Part shown: in pieces, positions 42,436 to 52,153 of the stretch | Layout of the letters: each line of letters starts with the position of its first letter | Position numbering within the stretch: the first letter of the stretch is position 1 | Source: Planctomycetota bacterium | GTDB taxonomy: Bacteria; Planctomycetota; UBA1135; UBA2386 | Reading direction: 5' to 3' | Assembly (NCBI GenBank): GCA_046290465.1 | Contig: JBKAGP010000001.1 | Span: forward strand, 3,264,001 to 3,328,000 | Length of the DNA stretch: 64,000 nt | Translations under genes and position numbers: made by a program | Notes under the pieces: model-generated | Database searches by the model: none | Seen by the model: only the letters and a program-made list of their open reading frames with translations | What the model was told of the DNA's origin: nothing

Positions 42436-43455
42436 TCAGCCCGGCGCGACGTCGCCGGGAGCCGGCAGGCCGAGGTCGACCGCCACCCCGTCGTCGGGGT
42501 CGAAGTCCATGCAGGCGAAGCGCTCGACGCCGTGCAGCCGACAGCTCGCGCGGCGGCACGGGCGGCAGGGCAGGTCCGCCGGCGCGACCAGCGCGCGGGC
42601 GGTCGGCGGCGACGTGCGCCGCGGATCCTGGCTGCCGAACAGGATCCGGCCGCGCGCACCGGCAGCGAGCAGCACGTGGCTGGCCCCCTGGTCCGGACCG
42701 ATCACCTCGCCACCGGCAGCCGCCACGGCCGCGCCGAGCGCGATCAGCCGCCGCACCTCACCGGCCTCGTGGTGCAGCAACGGCCGTTCGCCGTCGTGGC
42801 TGAGCCGCGCCTCGGCAGGCCCGGTCACCAGCACGGCCTGCTCCTGGTGCCACAGCCGATCCAGCAACCACGGCCGCAGCGCGCGCGGATCCGACGGGTC
42901 GGTGCCGACGAGCACCGTGAACGGCCGCTCCGGGTCGACTCCGGCGCGCCGCAGCTGCTCGCGCTCGAAGCGCAGCTCCTCCGCCGTCGGCGCCAGCTCG
43001 GCCAGCGCAAACGGCGCGTCGGGCGCGATCACGCGCGCCAGTTCCCACGCGGCCCGGGCCGGATGGGGCGTCGCCTCGCACCGGATCGTGCGACGCAGCA
43101 GCACGCGGCTCGCCGGCTCTTGTCGCCATGGTGCCGCCATGCCCAGACGCAGACGGGCTCCGGACAGCCGCGCGATCCACGCGCTCTTCCAGTTGCCCTG
43201 CAGGTCGAGCGCGACGTCGTAGCGCTCCTCGCGCAGCTCGCGCCGCACCGCCCGCAGCGCCCGCAGGCCGCCGCGGCGGTCGAACGTCACGACGCGCGCG
43301 ATCCCGGGCACGCCATCGAGCAGCGGCGCAAAGGTCGGCTGGGTGACGAACGTCAGCCGCAGGCCCGGACGGATCGCACGCAGCGAGGAGACCGCCCCGA
43401 GCGACTGCACCAGATCGCCCATCGCCGACAGCCGCACCAGCAGCGCGGCGTTCAC
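42436..43455 (-). CDS. Glycosyltransferase family 9 (LPS heptosyltransferase-like)
   Basis: [31 protein letters not shown]. Confidence 0.85.
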   Translation of the reverse strand: MNAALLVRLSAMGDLVQSLGAVSSLRAIRPGLRLTFVTQPTFAPLLDGVPGIARVVTFDRRGGLRALRAVRRELREERYDVALDLQGNWKSAWIARLSGARLRLGMAAPWRQEPASRVLLRRTIRCEATPHPARAAWELARVIAPDAPFALAELAPTAEELRFEREQLRRAGVDPERPFTVLVGTDPSDPRALRPWLLDRLWHQEQAVLVTGPAEARLSHDGERPLLHHEAGEVRRLIALGAAVAAAGGEVIGPDQGASHVLLAAGARGRILFGSQDPRRTSPPTARALVAPADLPCRPCRRASCRLHGVERFACMDFDPDDGVAVDLGLPAPGDVAPG

Positions 43456-44972
43456 TTCGGCGTCGCCGGGCGCTCGTGCACGACGAACGTCTTGAACGGG
43501 GTCGTCATCCGCCACAGCAGCCGGTAGTCCTCGCGCGTCAGCGGCCGCCACGGCGTGTCCTCGTGCAGGACCCAGCGGGTGTCGGGCAGGCGGCGACGGA
43601 ACTCGTCGCCTTCCACCCACAGGCCGCTCGCGAGCATCGTCGGCGAGTCGAGGTGCCCGTATCCGCCGAGGTCGTCGACGACGCCGAGCTGCCGCAGTTC
43701 GCGGAACATCAGCTGGCCGATCGCGGCGCGCGCGCGCTTGCTCTCCGGCCAACGCGCGCTGCGCTCCAGGCCGACGGTCCACGACGCCACCATCGGCAGC
43801 ACCAGGCACAGGATCACGACGTCGCGCGGACGCCGCACCAGCAGCGGCGCGCACGCGATCACCAGCGCCAGCCCGACCGACGCCTCACCGGCCCGCGGCA
43901 CGAACGGGATCACCACCAGCGCGATCGCGGCCAGCACGCCGAGGCCCCAGATCACGCGCCGCGCAAACGCCGGCACCGCGCCGCGCATGCTCCAGTAGTG
44001 CGCCACGGCCGGCGCCACCGCGAACGTGAACAGCATCACGTTCGGCAGCAGGTAGCGGGTCGGGCGGCCGGGGAAGAACGTCAGCAACACCACCGCGAGC
44101 ACGGCGCCACCGCTGCACATGCGCAGCGTCAGGTCGTCGGCCCCCATGCGCGCGTCGCGCGCGCCGCGCCATTCCCAGAAGCACCACAGCCCGAACGGCA
44201 TCAGCACGAACAGCGCCCGCAGCCAGTAGACCGGCGTCTCGCGCACGTGCTTCCACTCGAACAACGCCAGGCGGCCGACCGATTCCTCGTTGGCGACCTC
44301 CAGCATCGCGCCGGCGTCGACGAACCAGGTCCACAGCGGCACGAAGTAGGCCGCGATCACCAGCGCCATCGGCACGAAGTGGTGCAGCACGTAGCGCAGC
44401 CGGCGGTGCCGCCACCAGACCAGGTAGGCACCGATCGCGAACAGGAAGAACGGCGGCCCCTTCTGCAAGAATGCGAGGCCACCGACGACCCCGCTGGCGA
44501 GCACCAGCAGCGAACGGTCGCGCGCGACGCCGGTCGCCAGCAGCCACAGCGAGATGCCGGTCAGGCTCGCGAACAGCGGGTCGATCTCGGCCGTCGGCCA
44601 CTTGAACACCACCAAGGGCGAACACAGCAGGCCGAACGCGACCAGCCAGCCGGCGGTCGCGCCGAACCAGCGCCGCAGCAGTTCGCCGGCGAGCAGCGCC
44701 GACAGCCACGCGCCGAGCGCACCGGGCAGCCGCAGCGACAGGTAGTCACTGCCGAGCCACTCGTGGCACAGCATGATCAGCCAGTAGTGCAGCGGCGGCT
44801 TCGCCCAGGTCGGCTCGCCGCTGAGCAGCGGGATCATCCAGCTCTCGCTGCGCAGCATCTCCAGCGCGATCTGCACGCGACGGCCCTCGGTGCCGTCCCA
44901 GTCGGGCCGCAGCCACGTCGGCAGCAGCACCAGGACCGCGGCCGCGAGCAGGATCAGGGCACGGATCAGCAC
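43452..44972 (-). CDS. ArnT/PMT-family lipid-linked sugar transferase
   Basis: EGRR..IA.EM, KPPLHYW, RLP, KGP, RYLLP; multiple TM segments. Confidence 0.85.
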   Translation of the reverse strand: MLIRALILLAAAVLVLLPTWLRPDWDGTEGRRVQIALEMLRSESWMIPLLSGEPTWAKPPLHYWLIMLCHEWLGSDYLSLRLPGALGAWLSALLAGELLRRWFGATAGWLVAFGLLCSPLVVFKWPTAEIDPLFASLTGISLWLLATGVARDRSLLVLASGVVGGLAFLQKGPPFFLFAIGAYLVWWRHRRLRYVLHHFVPMALVIAAYFVPLWTWFVDAGAMLEVANEESVGRLALFEWKHVRETPVYWLRALFVLMPFGLWCFWEWRGARDARMGADDLTLRMCSGGAVLAVVLLTFFPGRPTRYLLPNVMLFTFAVAPAVAHYWSMRGAVPAFARRVIWGLGVLAAIALVVIPFVPRAGEASVGLALVIACAPLLVRRPRDVVILCLVLPMVASWTVGLERSARWPESKRARAAIGQLMFRELRQLGVVDDLGGYGHLDSPTMLASGLWVEGDEFRRRLPDTRWVLHEDTPWRPLTREDYRLLWRMTTPFKTFVVHERPATPK

Positions 44973-44988
44973 GCGCGCGCGACCTCCG

Positions 44989-45297
44989 TCAAGCGGCCGC
45001 CTCGTCCTTGCGCGTCTGCCGGATCAGCATCAGGTTGCGCGCATAGATCACGCTGCCGGTGACCTGCCCCATGATGAACACGGGATCGAGACGGTAGATG
45101 GCGTAGCACAGGCTCAGCATCCCGCCCGAGATGCTCAACCACCAGAACGAGATCGGAACGACCGACTTCCGGGCGCGTTCGCTCGCGATCCACTGCACCC
45201 AGAAGCGCGACGCGAACACCAGCTGGCCGCCGAACCCGATGACCCACCAGTACCACGGCGTCGACTCGATCGCGCCGTCGGCGAGGTTCGAGAGCAT
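44989..45297 (-). CDS. LAB_N (lipid-A-disaccharide synthase N-terminal) membrane protein, RgtF-like
   Basis: GQLVFASRFWVQWIASE...VVPISFW, DPVFIMGQ, YARNL. Confidence 0.88.
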   Translation of the reverse strand: MLSNLADGAIESTPWYWWVIGFGGQLVFASRFWVQWIASERARKSVVPISFWWLSISGGMLSLCYAIYRLDPVFIMGQVTGSVIYARNLMLIRQTRKDEAAA

Positions 45298-46029
45298 CTA
45301 GAACTCCTCCTTGACCTCGTGCAGCAGCAGGCGCTGTCGCACCCAGCGCATCGCGAAGCAGTCGCGCAGCCCCTTGAACATGCGGTTGCCGATCCCGTAC
45401 TTGGCGGTGCCGGCGTAGCGTTCGCGGTGGTTGACGTCGCGCTCGAGCACCTTGCCGCCGAGGTAGCGGACCAGCGTCGCCATGAAGCGGTGCATGCCGA
45501 CGAACTTCGGCACCCGCAGGAAGTAGCTGCGGCGGATGACCTTGATGCCGCAGGCGGCGTCCTTGACCTTGTCGCCGGTCAAGAAGTTGCGCACGCCGTT
45601 GCCGATCCTCGACGACGCCCGCCGCACGAACGTGTCCTGGCGCTCGGCGCGCACGCCGACGACCGCGTCGGCCTCGCCGTTCTCGACCAGTTCGAGCATC
45701 GCCGGGATGTCGCGCGGATCGTTCTGCATGTCGCCGTCGAGCGTCGCCACGATCGGGGCCCGCGCCTGTTCGACGCCAGCCATCACCGCCGCGCTCTGGC
45801 CACTGTTGGCCTTGAGCGTGACGATGCGCAGCCAGTCGGCAGCGTGCTCGCGCTTCCACTCGCGCATGATCTCGAGGCTGCCGTCGCGGCTGCCGTCGTC
45901 GACGAACAGCGCCTCGAACGGACCGTGCGGCGCGAGCACTTCGCCGACCTCGGCGAGCATCGTCGCGACGGTCTCCTCCTCGTTGTAGATCGGCACGACC
46001 AGCGAGAACCTGGGCTGTTCCTCCGCCAT
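45298..46029 (-). CDS. GT2 polyprenyl-phosphate glycosyltransferase (ArnC/RgtE/DPM-like)
   Basis: VVPIYNE, VDDGSRD, DGDMQND, GMHRF, VNHRER..G.AKYG. Confidence 0.9.
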   Translation of the reverse strand: MAEEQPRFSLVVPIYNEEETVATMLAEVGEVLAPHGPFEALFVDDGSRDGSLEIMREWKREHAADWLRIVTLKANSGQSAAVMAGVEQARAPIVATLDGDMQNDPRDIPAMLELVENGEADAVVGVRAERQDTFVRRASSRIGNGVRNFLTGDKVKDAACGIKVIRRSYFLRVPKFVGMHRFMATLVRYLGGKVLERDVNHRERYAGTAKYGIGNRMFKGLRDCFAMRWVRQRLLLHEVKEEF

Positions 46030-48128
46030 CACTGCACCTCCACGCGCATGCGGCCGTCGACCGCGACGCTGTCGCTTCCCGCCTTCGCGAGGATGAACGG
46101 ATTGACCTCGACCTCGGCGATCTGCGGGAAGTCGTCGACCAGCTTCTGCATGCGCAGCAGCGCCTCGTAGGCGGCGGCGACGTCGGCGGCCGGCGCACCC
46201 CGGAACGAGCCCAGCAGCGCCGCCCCCTTCAGGCCCTGGAACATCTCCGCCGGATCCTGGCCGTCGATCGGCCCGACCCGCACGGCGACGTCGCGCATCA
46301 GTTCGACCTGGACGCCGCCGAGCCCGGCCGCGAACAGCGGCCCGTAGCGCGGATCGCGCGTCATCCCGAGCAGCACCTCACGGTGGCCCTTGGCGTGCCC
46401 CTGCACCTGCAGCGTCAACGGCCCGAAGCGACGGCCGAGCCGCTTCTGCAGGTCGCTGGCCGCGGCGAACACCTCGTCGCCGTTGCGCAGCCCGGTCCGC
46501 ACCGCGCGGTGTTCGCTCTTGTGCACCAGCCCTTCGCCCTCGGCCTTCAACACGACGGGATACCCCAGCGCGTGCGCGGCGGCGACGGCGTCACCGGGGT
46601 TGTCGACGCGTCGACTAGGAGCGAACGGGATGCCATAGGCCTGCAGAATCGCCTCGGTGGTCGCGCCGGGCAACCATCCGTCGGCCACTCCGGCCAGCAT
46701 CCTGCCGACCTTGGCCTTGCCGACGCGCAGGCTCGGAACCTTGACCGGCGCGCGCTGCAGCCAGCGCGAGCGCCGACACATCAGGTGCAGCGTGGTCGCG
46801 GCGTCCTCCGGATAGCGGAACACCGGGATGCCCGCGTCGCGCAGGATCTGGTGCGCCTCGTCGCTGCGCTGCCGCCCCATCACGCACGCCAGCACCGGCT
46901 TCTTCAGGCCGCGGGTCTCGTCGACGATCGCCTGCGCGACCGCCGCGGCGTCGATCATGATCGGCGACACGAACAGGACCACCAGCCCGTCGACGTCCCT
47001 GTCGCGTGCGACCACCCGCAACGCGTCGCGGTAGCGGCCGGCATCGGCCGAGGCGATCAGGTCGATCGGGTTGTGCACGCTCGCCTCGACCGGCAGCACC
47101 TTGCGCAGCTTCTTCTGGGTCGCGGACGACATCGGCGCCATCTCCATGCCGAGGCCGTCGATCGCGTCGGTGGCCAGGATGCCCGGCCCACCCGCGTTGG
47201 TGACCACGGCCATCCGACGCCCGGGCGGTGGCGGCTGCTCGAGCAGCGCCTGCGCCAGCGAGAACATGTCGCGGAAGTTGTCGACGCGCAACACGCCGCA
47301 CTGCTGCAGCAGCGTGTCGGCGGCGATGTCGGCGCCGGCGATCGAACCGGTGTGCGAACTGGCCGCCATCGCACCGGCGTCGCTGCGCCCGGACTTGACC
47401 GCGATGATCGGCTTCTTGCGAGCGACCGCGCGCGCCACCCGCAGGAACTCCTGCGGCTCACCGACGGTCTCGAGGTAGAGCAGCACGACCCGCACCTGGT
47501 CGTCGTCCCCCCAGTACTGCACCAGGTCCGCAGCGGTGACGTCGGCGCGGTTGCCGACCGACGCGAACATCGACACGCCGAGGCCGGCCTGGGCGGCGTC
47601 GGCGAGGATCGCCTCGCCGAGCGCACCGGACTGCGACACCATCGCGACGCTGCCGGCCGGCGGCGGCGTCGCCGAGAAGCTGGCGTTGCAGGAGTAGGTC
47701 GCCTCCGTGTTGATGATCCCCATGCAGTTGGGGCCGACGACGCGCATCCGGTACTTGCGGGCGATCGCCTGCAGCTTGTCCTCGCGTTCGGCGCCGATGC
47801 CGCCGATCTCGCGGAAGCCCGCGGTGATCACGACCAGCCCCTTGACGCCCTTCTTGCCGCATTCCTCGGCGGCCTTCAGCGCGACGTCCGGCGGCACCAC
47901 CAGGACCGCCAGGTCGACCGGCCCGCGGATGGCGCGAACCGACCGATAGGCCGGAATCGACAGCACCACCTCCGCCTTGGGGTTGACCGGATAGACGGGT
48001 CCCTGGAACCCACCTCCGATCAAGTTCGCCACTACCTGCCGGCCGATGGATCCCTCCCTTCGGCTGGCACCGATCACCGCCACCGAGCGCGGGCGGAAGA
48101 TGCCGTCGAGACCTCGCGTGTTCGCCAT
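46029..48128 (-). CDS. ADP-forming acetate/acyl-CoA ligase, fused alpha-beta
   Basis: VAVIGAS, GPNCMG, SQSGA, SHTG phospho-His, TNAGGPG, NPID, ATP-grasp HKSE, EVNP. Confidence 0.9.
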   Translation of the reverse strand: MANTRGLDGIFRPRSVAVIGASRREGSIGRQVVANLIGGGFQGPVYPVNPKAEVVLSIPAYRSVRAIRGPVDLAVLVVPPDVALKAAEECGKKGVKGLVVITAGFREIGGIGAEREDKLQAIARKYRMRVVGPNCMGIINTEATYSCNASFSATPPPAGSVAMVSQSGALGEAILADAAQAGLGVSMFASVGNRADVTAADLVQYWGDDDQVRVVLLYLETVGEPQEFLRVARAVARKKPIIAVKSGRSDAGAMAASSHTGSIAGADIAADTLLQQCGVLRVDNFRDMFSLAQALLEQPPPPGRRMAVVTNAGGPGILATDAIDGLGMEMAPMSSATQKKLRKVLPVEASVHNPIDLIASADAGRYRDALRVVARDRDVDGLVVLFVSPIMIDAAAVAQAIVDETRGLKKPVLACVMGRQRSDEAHQILRDAGIPVFRYPEDAATTLHLMCRRSRWLQRAPVKVPSLRVGKAKVGRMLAGVADGWLPGATTEAILQAYGIPFAPSRRVDNPGDAVAAAHALGYPVVLKAEGEGLVHKSEHRAVRTGLRNGDEVFAAASDLQKRLGRRFGPLTLQVQGHAKGHREVLLGMTRDPRYGPLFAAGLGGVQVELMRDVAVRVGPIDGQDPAEMFQGLKGAALLGSFRGAPAADVAAAYEALLRMQKLVDDFPQIAEVEVNPFILAKAGSDSVAVDGRMRVEVQ

Positions 48129-48210
48129 TTGCAATTCGGCAAGCAGGTTAGCGGCACGACAAGGCCGGCGAAACGTTGCCGCCGCGCTTGCGTGGAGAGA
48201 GTCGATTCCC

Positions 48211-49131
48211 ATGATCCCTGCTGGTCCATCCCGCTCCGCCATGCCGCCGTTCGTCGAAGCCCTGCGCCCGCACCAGTGGGTCAAGAATCTGCTGGTGCTG
48301 TTCCCCCTGTTCTTCACGAACCGGGCGTTCGAGCTGGCGGGCTGGATCGCGGCGCTGACGGCGTTCGGCTCGTTCTGCTTCGCGGCGAGCTCGATCTACC
48401 TGCTCAACGACATCCTCGACCGCCACGAGGACGCCAACCACCCCAAGAAGAAGCACCGCCCGATCGCGTCGGGCCGGCTGCCGGTCGGCGCCGCGTGGGC
48501 CGAACTGCTGATCACGCTGGTCATCTCGGGCACGCTCGCCTGGCTGGTGCCGGTCACCGAGCGCTCGTTCCTGATCTGGCCGGCGGCCTATCTGGTGCTC
48601 AACGTCGCCTACAGCTTCTACCTGAAGCGGCTGGTGATCGTCGACTGCATGTGCATCGCGCTCGGCTTCCAGCTGCGGGTGATGGCGGGGGCGGCCGCGA
48701 TCGACGTCGACGCGTCGAAGTGGATCCAGCTGTGCACGTTCTTCTTCGCGCTGTTCCTGGCGTTCTGCAAGCGCTACGAGGAGGTCGGCCGGCAGTCGGA
48801 GGCCTCCGGGCAGACGCGCCGGACGATGTCGGAGTACTCGACGCCGTTCCTCAACATGCTGATCGGGCCGCTGGCGGCGCTCAGCATCCTCAGCTACGCG
48901 CTCTACACCGTCAGCCCCGAGACGATCCAGCGGCACCACACCGACCAGCTGATGTTCACGGTGCCGTTCGTCTGCTACGGCGTGTTCCGCTACCTCTTCC
49001 TGGTCTACCGCAAGAGTGAGGGCGGCGACCCGGCCAAGCTGCTGTTCCGCGACGTGCCGCTGGTGCTGTCGGGAGTGCTCTACGTCGGCGTCGTGCTCTA
49101 CATCCTGGGCACCGCCCACCCGCCGGCCTGA
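48211..49131 (+). CDS. UbiA-family prenyltransferase, decaprenyl-phosphate phosphoribosyltransferase-like
   Basis: RPHQWVKN, YLLNDILD...D..HPKKKHRPIASG, YS..LK, KRYEE, GGDP. Confidence 0.85.
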   Translation: MIPAGPSRSAMPPFVEALRPHQWVKNLLVLFPLFFTNRAFELAGWIAALTAFGSFCFAASSIYLLNDILDRHEDANHPKKKHRPIASGRLPVGAAWAELLITLVISGTLAWLVPVTERSFLIWPAAYLVLNVAYSFYLKRLVIVDCMCIALGFQLRVMAGAAAIDVDASKWIQLCTFFFALFLAFCKRYEEVGRQSEASGQTRRTMSEYSTPFLNMLIGPLAALSILSYALYTVSPETIQRHHTDQLMFTVPFVCYGVFRYLFLVYRKSEGGDPAKLLFRDVPLVLSGVLYVGVVLYILGTAHPPA

Positions 49132-49246
49132 CGCGCCCCGCCCGGCGAGCGGGCGGCCGTCCGGCCAGTTCCGGAATCAGGAGACCACGCCGGTCGGGAC
49201 GATCCGGTACAAATCCGAGGTCCCATCCCCTCGGCCCGATCTCCCC

Positions 49247-52153
49247 ATGGCAACCGTGAAGACCCCGGCAGAGATCCGGGCACGTCTCAGCGAAGACCTC
49301 GCGAACGGCAAGACGATCGTCCTGTCGACCCGCGAACTCGACGATCCGTCCCTGCGCGAGCAGCTGCCGCAGCTGCTCGAGGACCTGTCCGCGACCCACG
49401 CCCCCAAGCCGGGCGTCGGGCCGCAGATCCCCGGCTACACGATGCTGGGCGAGATCGGCCAGGGCGGCATGAGCACCGTGTACCTGGCGCGGCAGGAGAA
49501 GCTCGGCCGCCACGTCGCGGTCAAGGTCGCGCCGGCCTGGCTCGGCGGCGGCGAACGCGCCCGCCGGATGCTGGTGCAGGAAGCGCAGGCGATGGCGCGG
49601 CTGCAGCACCCCAACATCGTCGTCATCCACGACATCATCGACGTCGACGACACGTTCGCGATCGCCATGGAGTGGGTCGACGGCCGCACGCTGGCGAGCC
49701 TGCTGCGGACCCTGCCGACCGAACCCGGTCGCGACGACATGGTGCTGCTGACGACTGCGCTCGGCACCTCGCAGGAGGCGCGCGAGACGTTCGAGCAGAG
49801 CTCGGTGCGCCACTTCGTGCGGCTGATCCGGGACGTCGCGCTGGCGGTGCAGGCCGTGCACGACGCCGAGCTGCTGCACCTCGACATCAAGCCGTCCAAC
49901 GTGCTGATCCGCCGCGACGGCACGCCGTTGCTGGCCGATTTCGGCGTCACCCGCGAGATCTCGCCGGAGCCGACGCAGACCCGCACGTTCGCGGGCACGC
50001 CGGTCTACGCCGCGCCCGAGCAGCTGCGCCGCGACGACGACCAGATCGGCCCGCGCACCGACGTCTACAGCCTCGGCGTGACGCTCTACGAGGCCCTGGC
50101 GCGCACCCAGCCGCTGCGCGGTCTCGACCTGCCCGGCATCGTGCAGTGCGTCGAGTCGGGCAGCATGCCGCCGCTGTCGTCGAAGGTCGCGGTGCCGCCC
50201 GACCTCGCCAACATCGTGCACCGCGCGATCGCGCCCGAGCCAGAACACCGCTACGCGACCGCGCAGGCGCTCGCCGACGACCTCGACGCGTTCCTCGAAC
50301 ACCGCCCGGTGCAGGCGCGGCCGCTGACCCGCACGCAGCGCCTGCGCCGCTGGATGCGCAACGAGCCGTGGAAGGCCGCGCTGGCCGCGACCCTGGCCGT
50401 GATGGTGCCGGCGCTGCTGGTGCTCGGCACCTACCTGGCGGTGCAGATGCCGACGATCTTCGCGGCCGAGGTACGCGACCGGCAGGAACAGGTCAACCAG
50501 CTGAAGCAGGACGCGTTCCAGCGGTTCCTGACCTCACACGGCACCCACGAATACGCGATCTTGCCGCTCGAGCGTGCGCTGGCGATCGACCCCGGCAAAA
50601 CCGCACTGGCGAGCCTGCTGGCGCTGACCAACGAACGTGGCTGGCCGCACCTGGACGAGCTGCTGGAGCGGGAACGGACCGTGATCGAAGCAGAAGCGAG
50701 CCTGCGCATGGTGCGCGACAAGGCGATGGCGCGGCGCTCGTTCTTCAGCGACGAAGAGCTCGACACCCTGCGCGAACAGGAGACCGCGCTCGCCCGCTAC
50801 GTGGTCGCGCTCGACCGGGTCTTCCACGCCAACGACGAACGCAGCCAGAGCAGCCGCCACGAGGCGCACGCAGCACTCGAGGCGGCCGCAATGCAGGACG
50901 CGCCGGACCCGCTGCTGCTCGGCCTGTTGCTGTGGAACTCGGCGCGCCTCGACGACACCGAGACGTTCGATTCGGTCGCCCGCCTGATGCGTCGGCGCTG
51001 GCCCAACGACGCCGTTGCGCTGACCTGGGCGTCGATCGCGATCGAGCCAAGCGATGCCGACCTCGCCCTCCAACGCGCGGAGCAGGTCATCGAACGCACG
51101 CCCGGCGACGTCTACGGTTACGAGGTCTGCGCCGCCAACCGGATGCGCGCAAAGGACGTCGACGGCGTGCAGAAGTTCATCGAACGCGCGCGCTCGGCGG
51201 GGCTCACATCACCGCTGCTCGACATCTACGCGCCGATGACCGCCGCCCGCAACGGCGACGTGCAGCAGGCCCAGGCGCTGCTCGCGCACCAACGGCAGGA
51301 CCTGCTGCCCGACGGAACCCGCCTGCTCGCGCTGCGCACGCTGTCCCACGAGCAGGCGGTGACGTTCGCCCGTTCCCTGGTAGCGCAGGCGGCGCCCAGT
51401 CCGGGCGCGCTCAAGCAGGCGGCGATGTTCGACTACAAGGAGCGTGAACTCAGCGAGAGCGCGATCGCCAGGTTCTTCGAGCTGTACCCGGACCGCCGCA
51501 GCCTGCATCCGCACGCGATCATGATGGCGTGGCCGCAGCGCGGGGACGACGCTCGCGAAGCGATGCGCAGGATCGCCGACCTCGGCCGCGAGGCGAGCCT
51601 CGAGGGGATGCATATCGAGAATGTCGTGCACATGGTGATGCGCGCGCACATCTTCCTGCGGGAGTGGGACGAACTGCGCCGGCACGCCATGGGGTGTCTC
51701 GAGGACGCCCCGGACAGCCAGCAAACCTACTACTACGCGGCGCTCGGCCTGTCGCGGCTCGGCGAGTACCTCGAGGCGGGACGCCTGCTGGCACGCGGCG
51801 TCGCCTCCGAGCCCGAAGCTCGCACGGGCCGGCCGCCGTCCTGGTACGTCGCCGCGCTGCTCGACGACGCCTGGCTGCGCGCGAGCCCCGAGTCGGCCCC
51901 CCAGCTGCACGACCCCGAACTGGCCAGGGTCCGGCTCCAAGCGTTCGATCGCCTCAATCCCGAGCTCCAGATCCCGCACCGCGGACCGTGGCTCTCGCTG
52001 ACCCGCGCCGAGGTGCTCTGGTCAAACGGTGAGCGCGACGCTGCGCGCGAGGCAATCCGTTCGGCTCAGCGGGCGAAACGACCCAACATGCCGGTCCGCC
52101 GCGACTACCAGGAGTTCATCCAGCGAGCGGCGGAGCGGATGAAGGCGAAGTGA
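49247..52153 (+). CDS. Hanks-type Ser/Thr kinase with TM segment and TPR-like C-terminus
   Basis: GQGGMSTVY, VAVK, HLDIKPSN, DFG, GTPVYAAPE, DVYSLG. Confidence 0.92.
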   Translation: MATVKTPAEIRARLSEDLANGKTIVLSTRELDDPSLREQLPQLLEDLSATHAPKPGVGPQIPGYTMLGEIGQGGMSTVYLARQEKLGRHVAVKVAPAWLGGGERARRMLVQEAQAMARLQHPNIVVIHDIIDVDDTFAIAMEWVDGRTLASLLRTLPTEPGRDDMVLLTTALGTSQEARETFEQSSVRHFVRLIRDVALAVQAVHDAELLHLDIKPSNVLIRRDGTPLLADFGVTREISPEPTQTRTFAGTPVYAAPEQLRRDDDQIGPRTDVYSLGVTLYEALARTQPLRGLDLPGIVQCVESGSMPPLSSKVAVPPDLANIVHRAIAPEPEHRYATAQALADDLDAFLEHRPVQARPLTRTQRLRRWMRNEPWKAALAATLAVMVPALLVLGTYLAVQMPTIFAAEVRDRQEQVNQLKQDAFQRFLTSHGTHEYAILPLERALAIDPGKTALASLLALTNERGWPHLDELLERERTVIEAEASLRMVRDKAMARRSFFSDEELDTLREQETALARYVVALDRVFHANDERSQSSRHEAHAALEAAAMQDAPDPLLLGLLLWNSARLDDTETFDSVARLMRRRWPNDAVALTWASIAIEPSDADLALQRAEQVIERTPGDVYGYEVCAANRMRAKDVDGVQKFIERARSAGLTSPLLDIYAPMTAARNGDVQQAQALLAHQRQDLLPDGTRLLALRTLSHEQAVTFARSLVAQAAPSPGALKQAAMFDYKERELSESAIARFFELYPDRRSLHPHAIMMAWPQRGDDAREAMRRIADLGREASLEGMHIENVVHMVMRAHIFLREWDELRRHAMGCLEDAPDSQQTYYYAALGLSRLGEYLEAGRLLARGVASEPEARTGRPPSWYVAALLDDAWLRASPESAPQLHDPELARVRLQAFDRLNPELQIPHRGPWLSLTRAEVLWSNGERDAAREAIRSAQRAKRPNMPVRRDYQEFIQRAAERMKAK

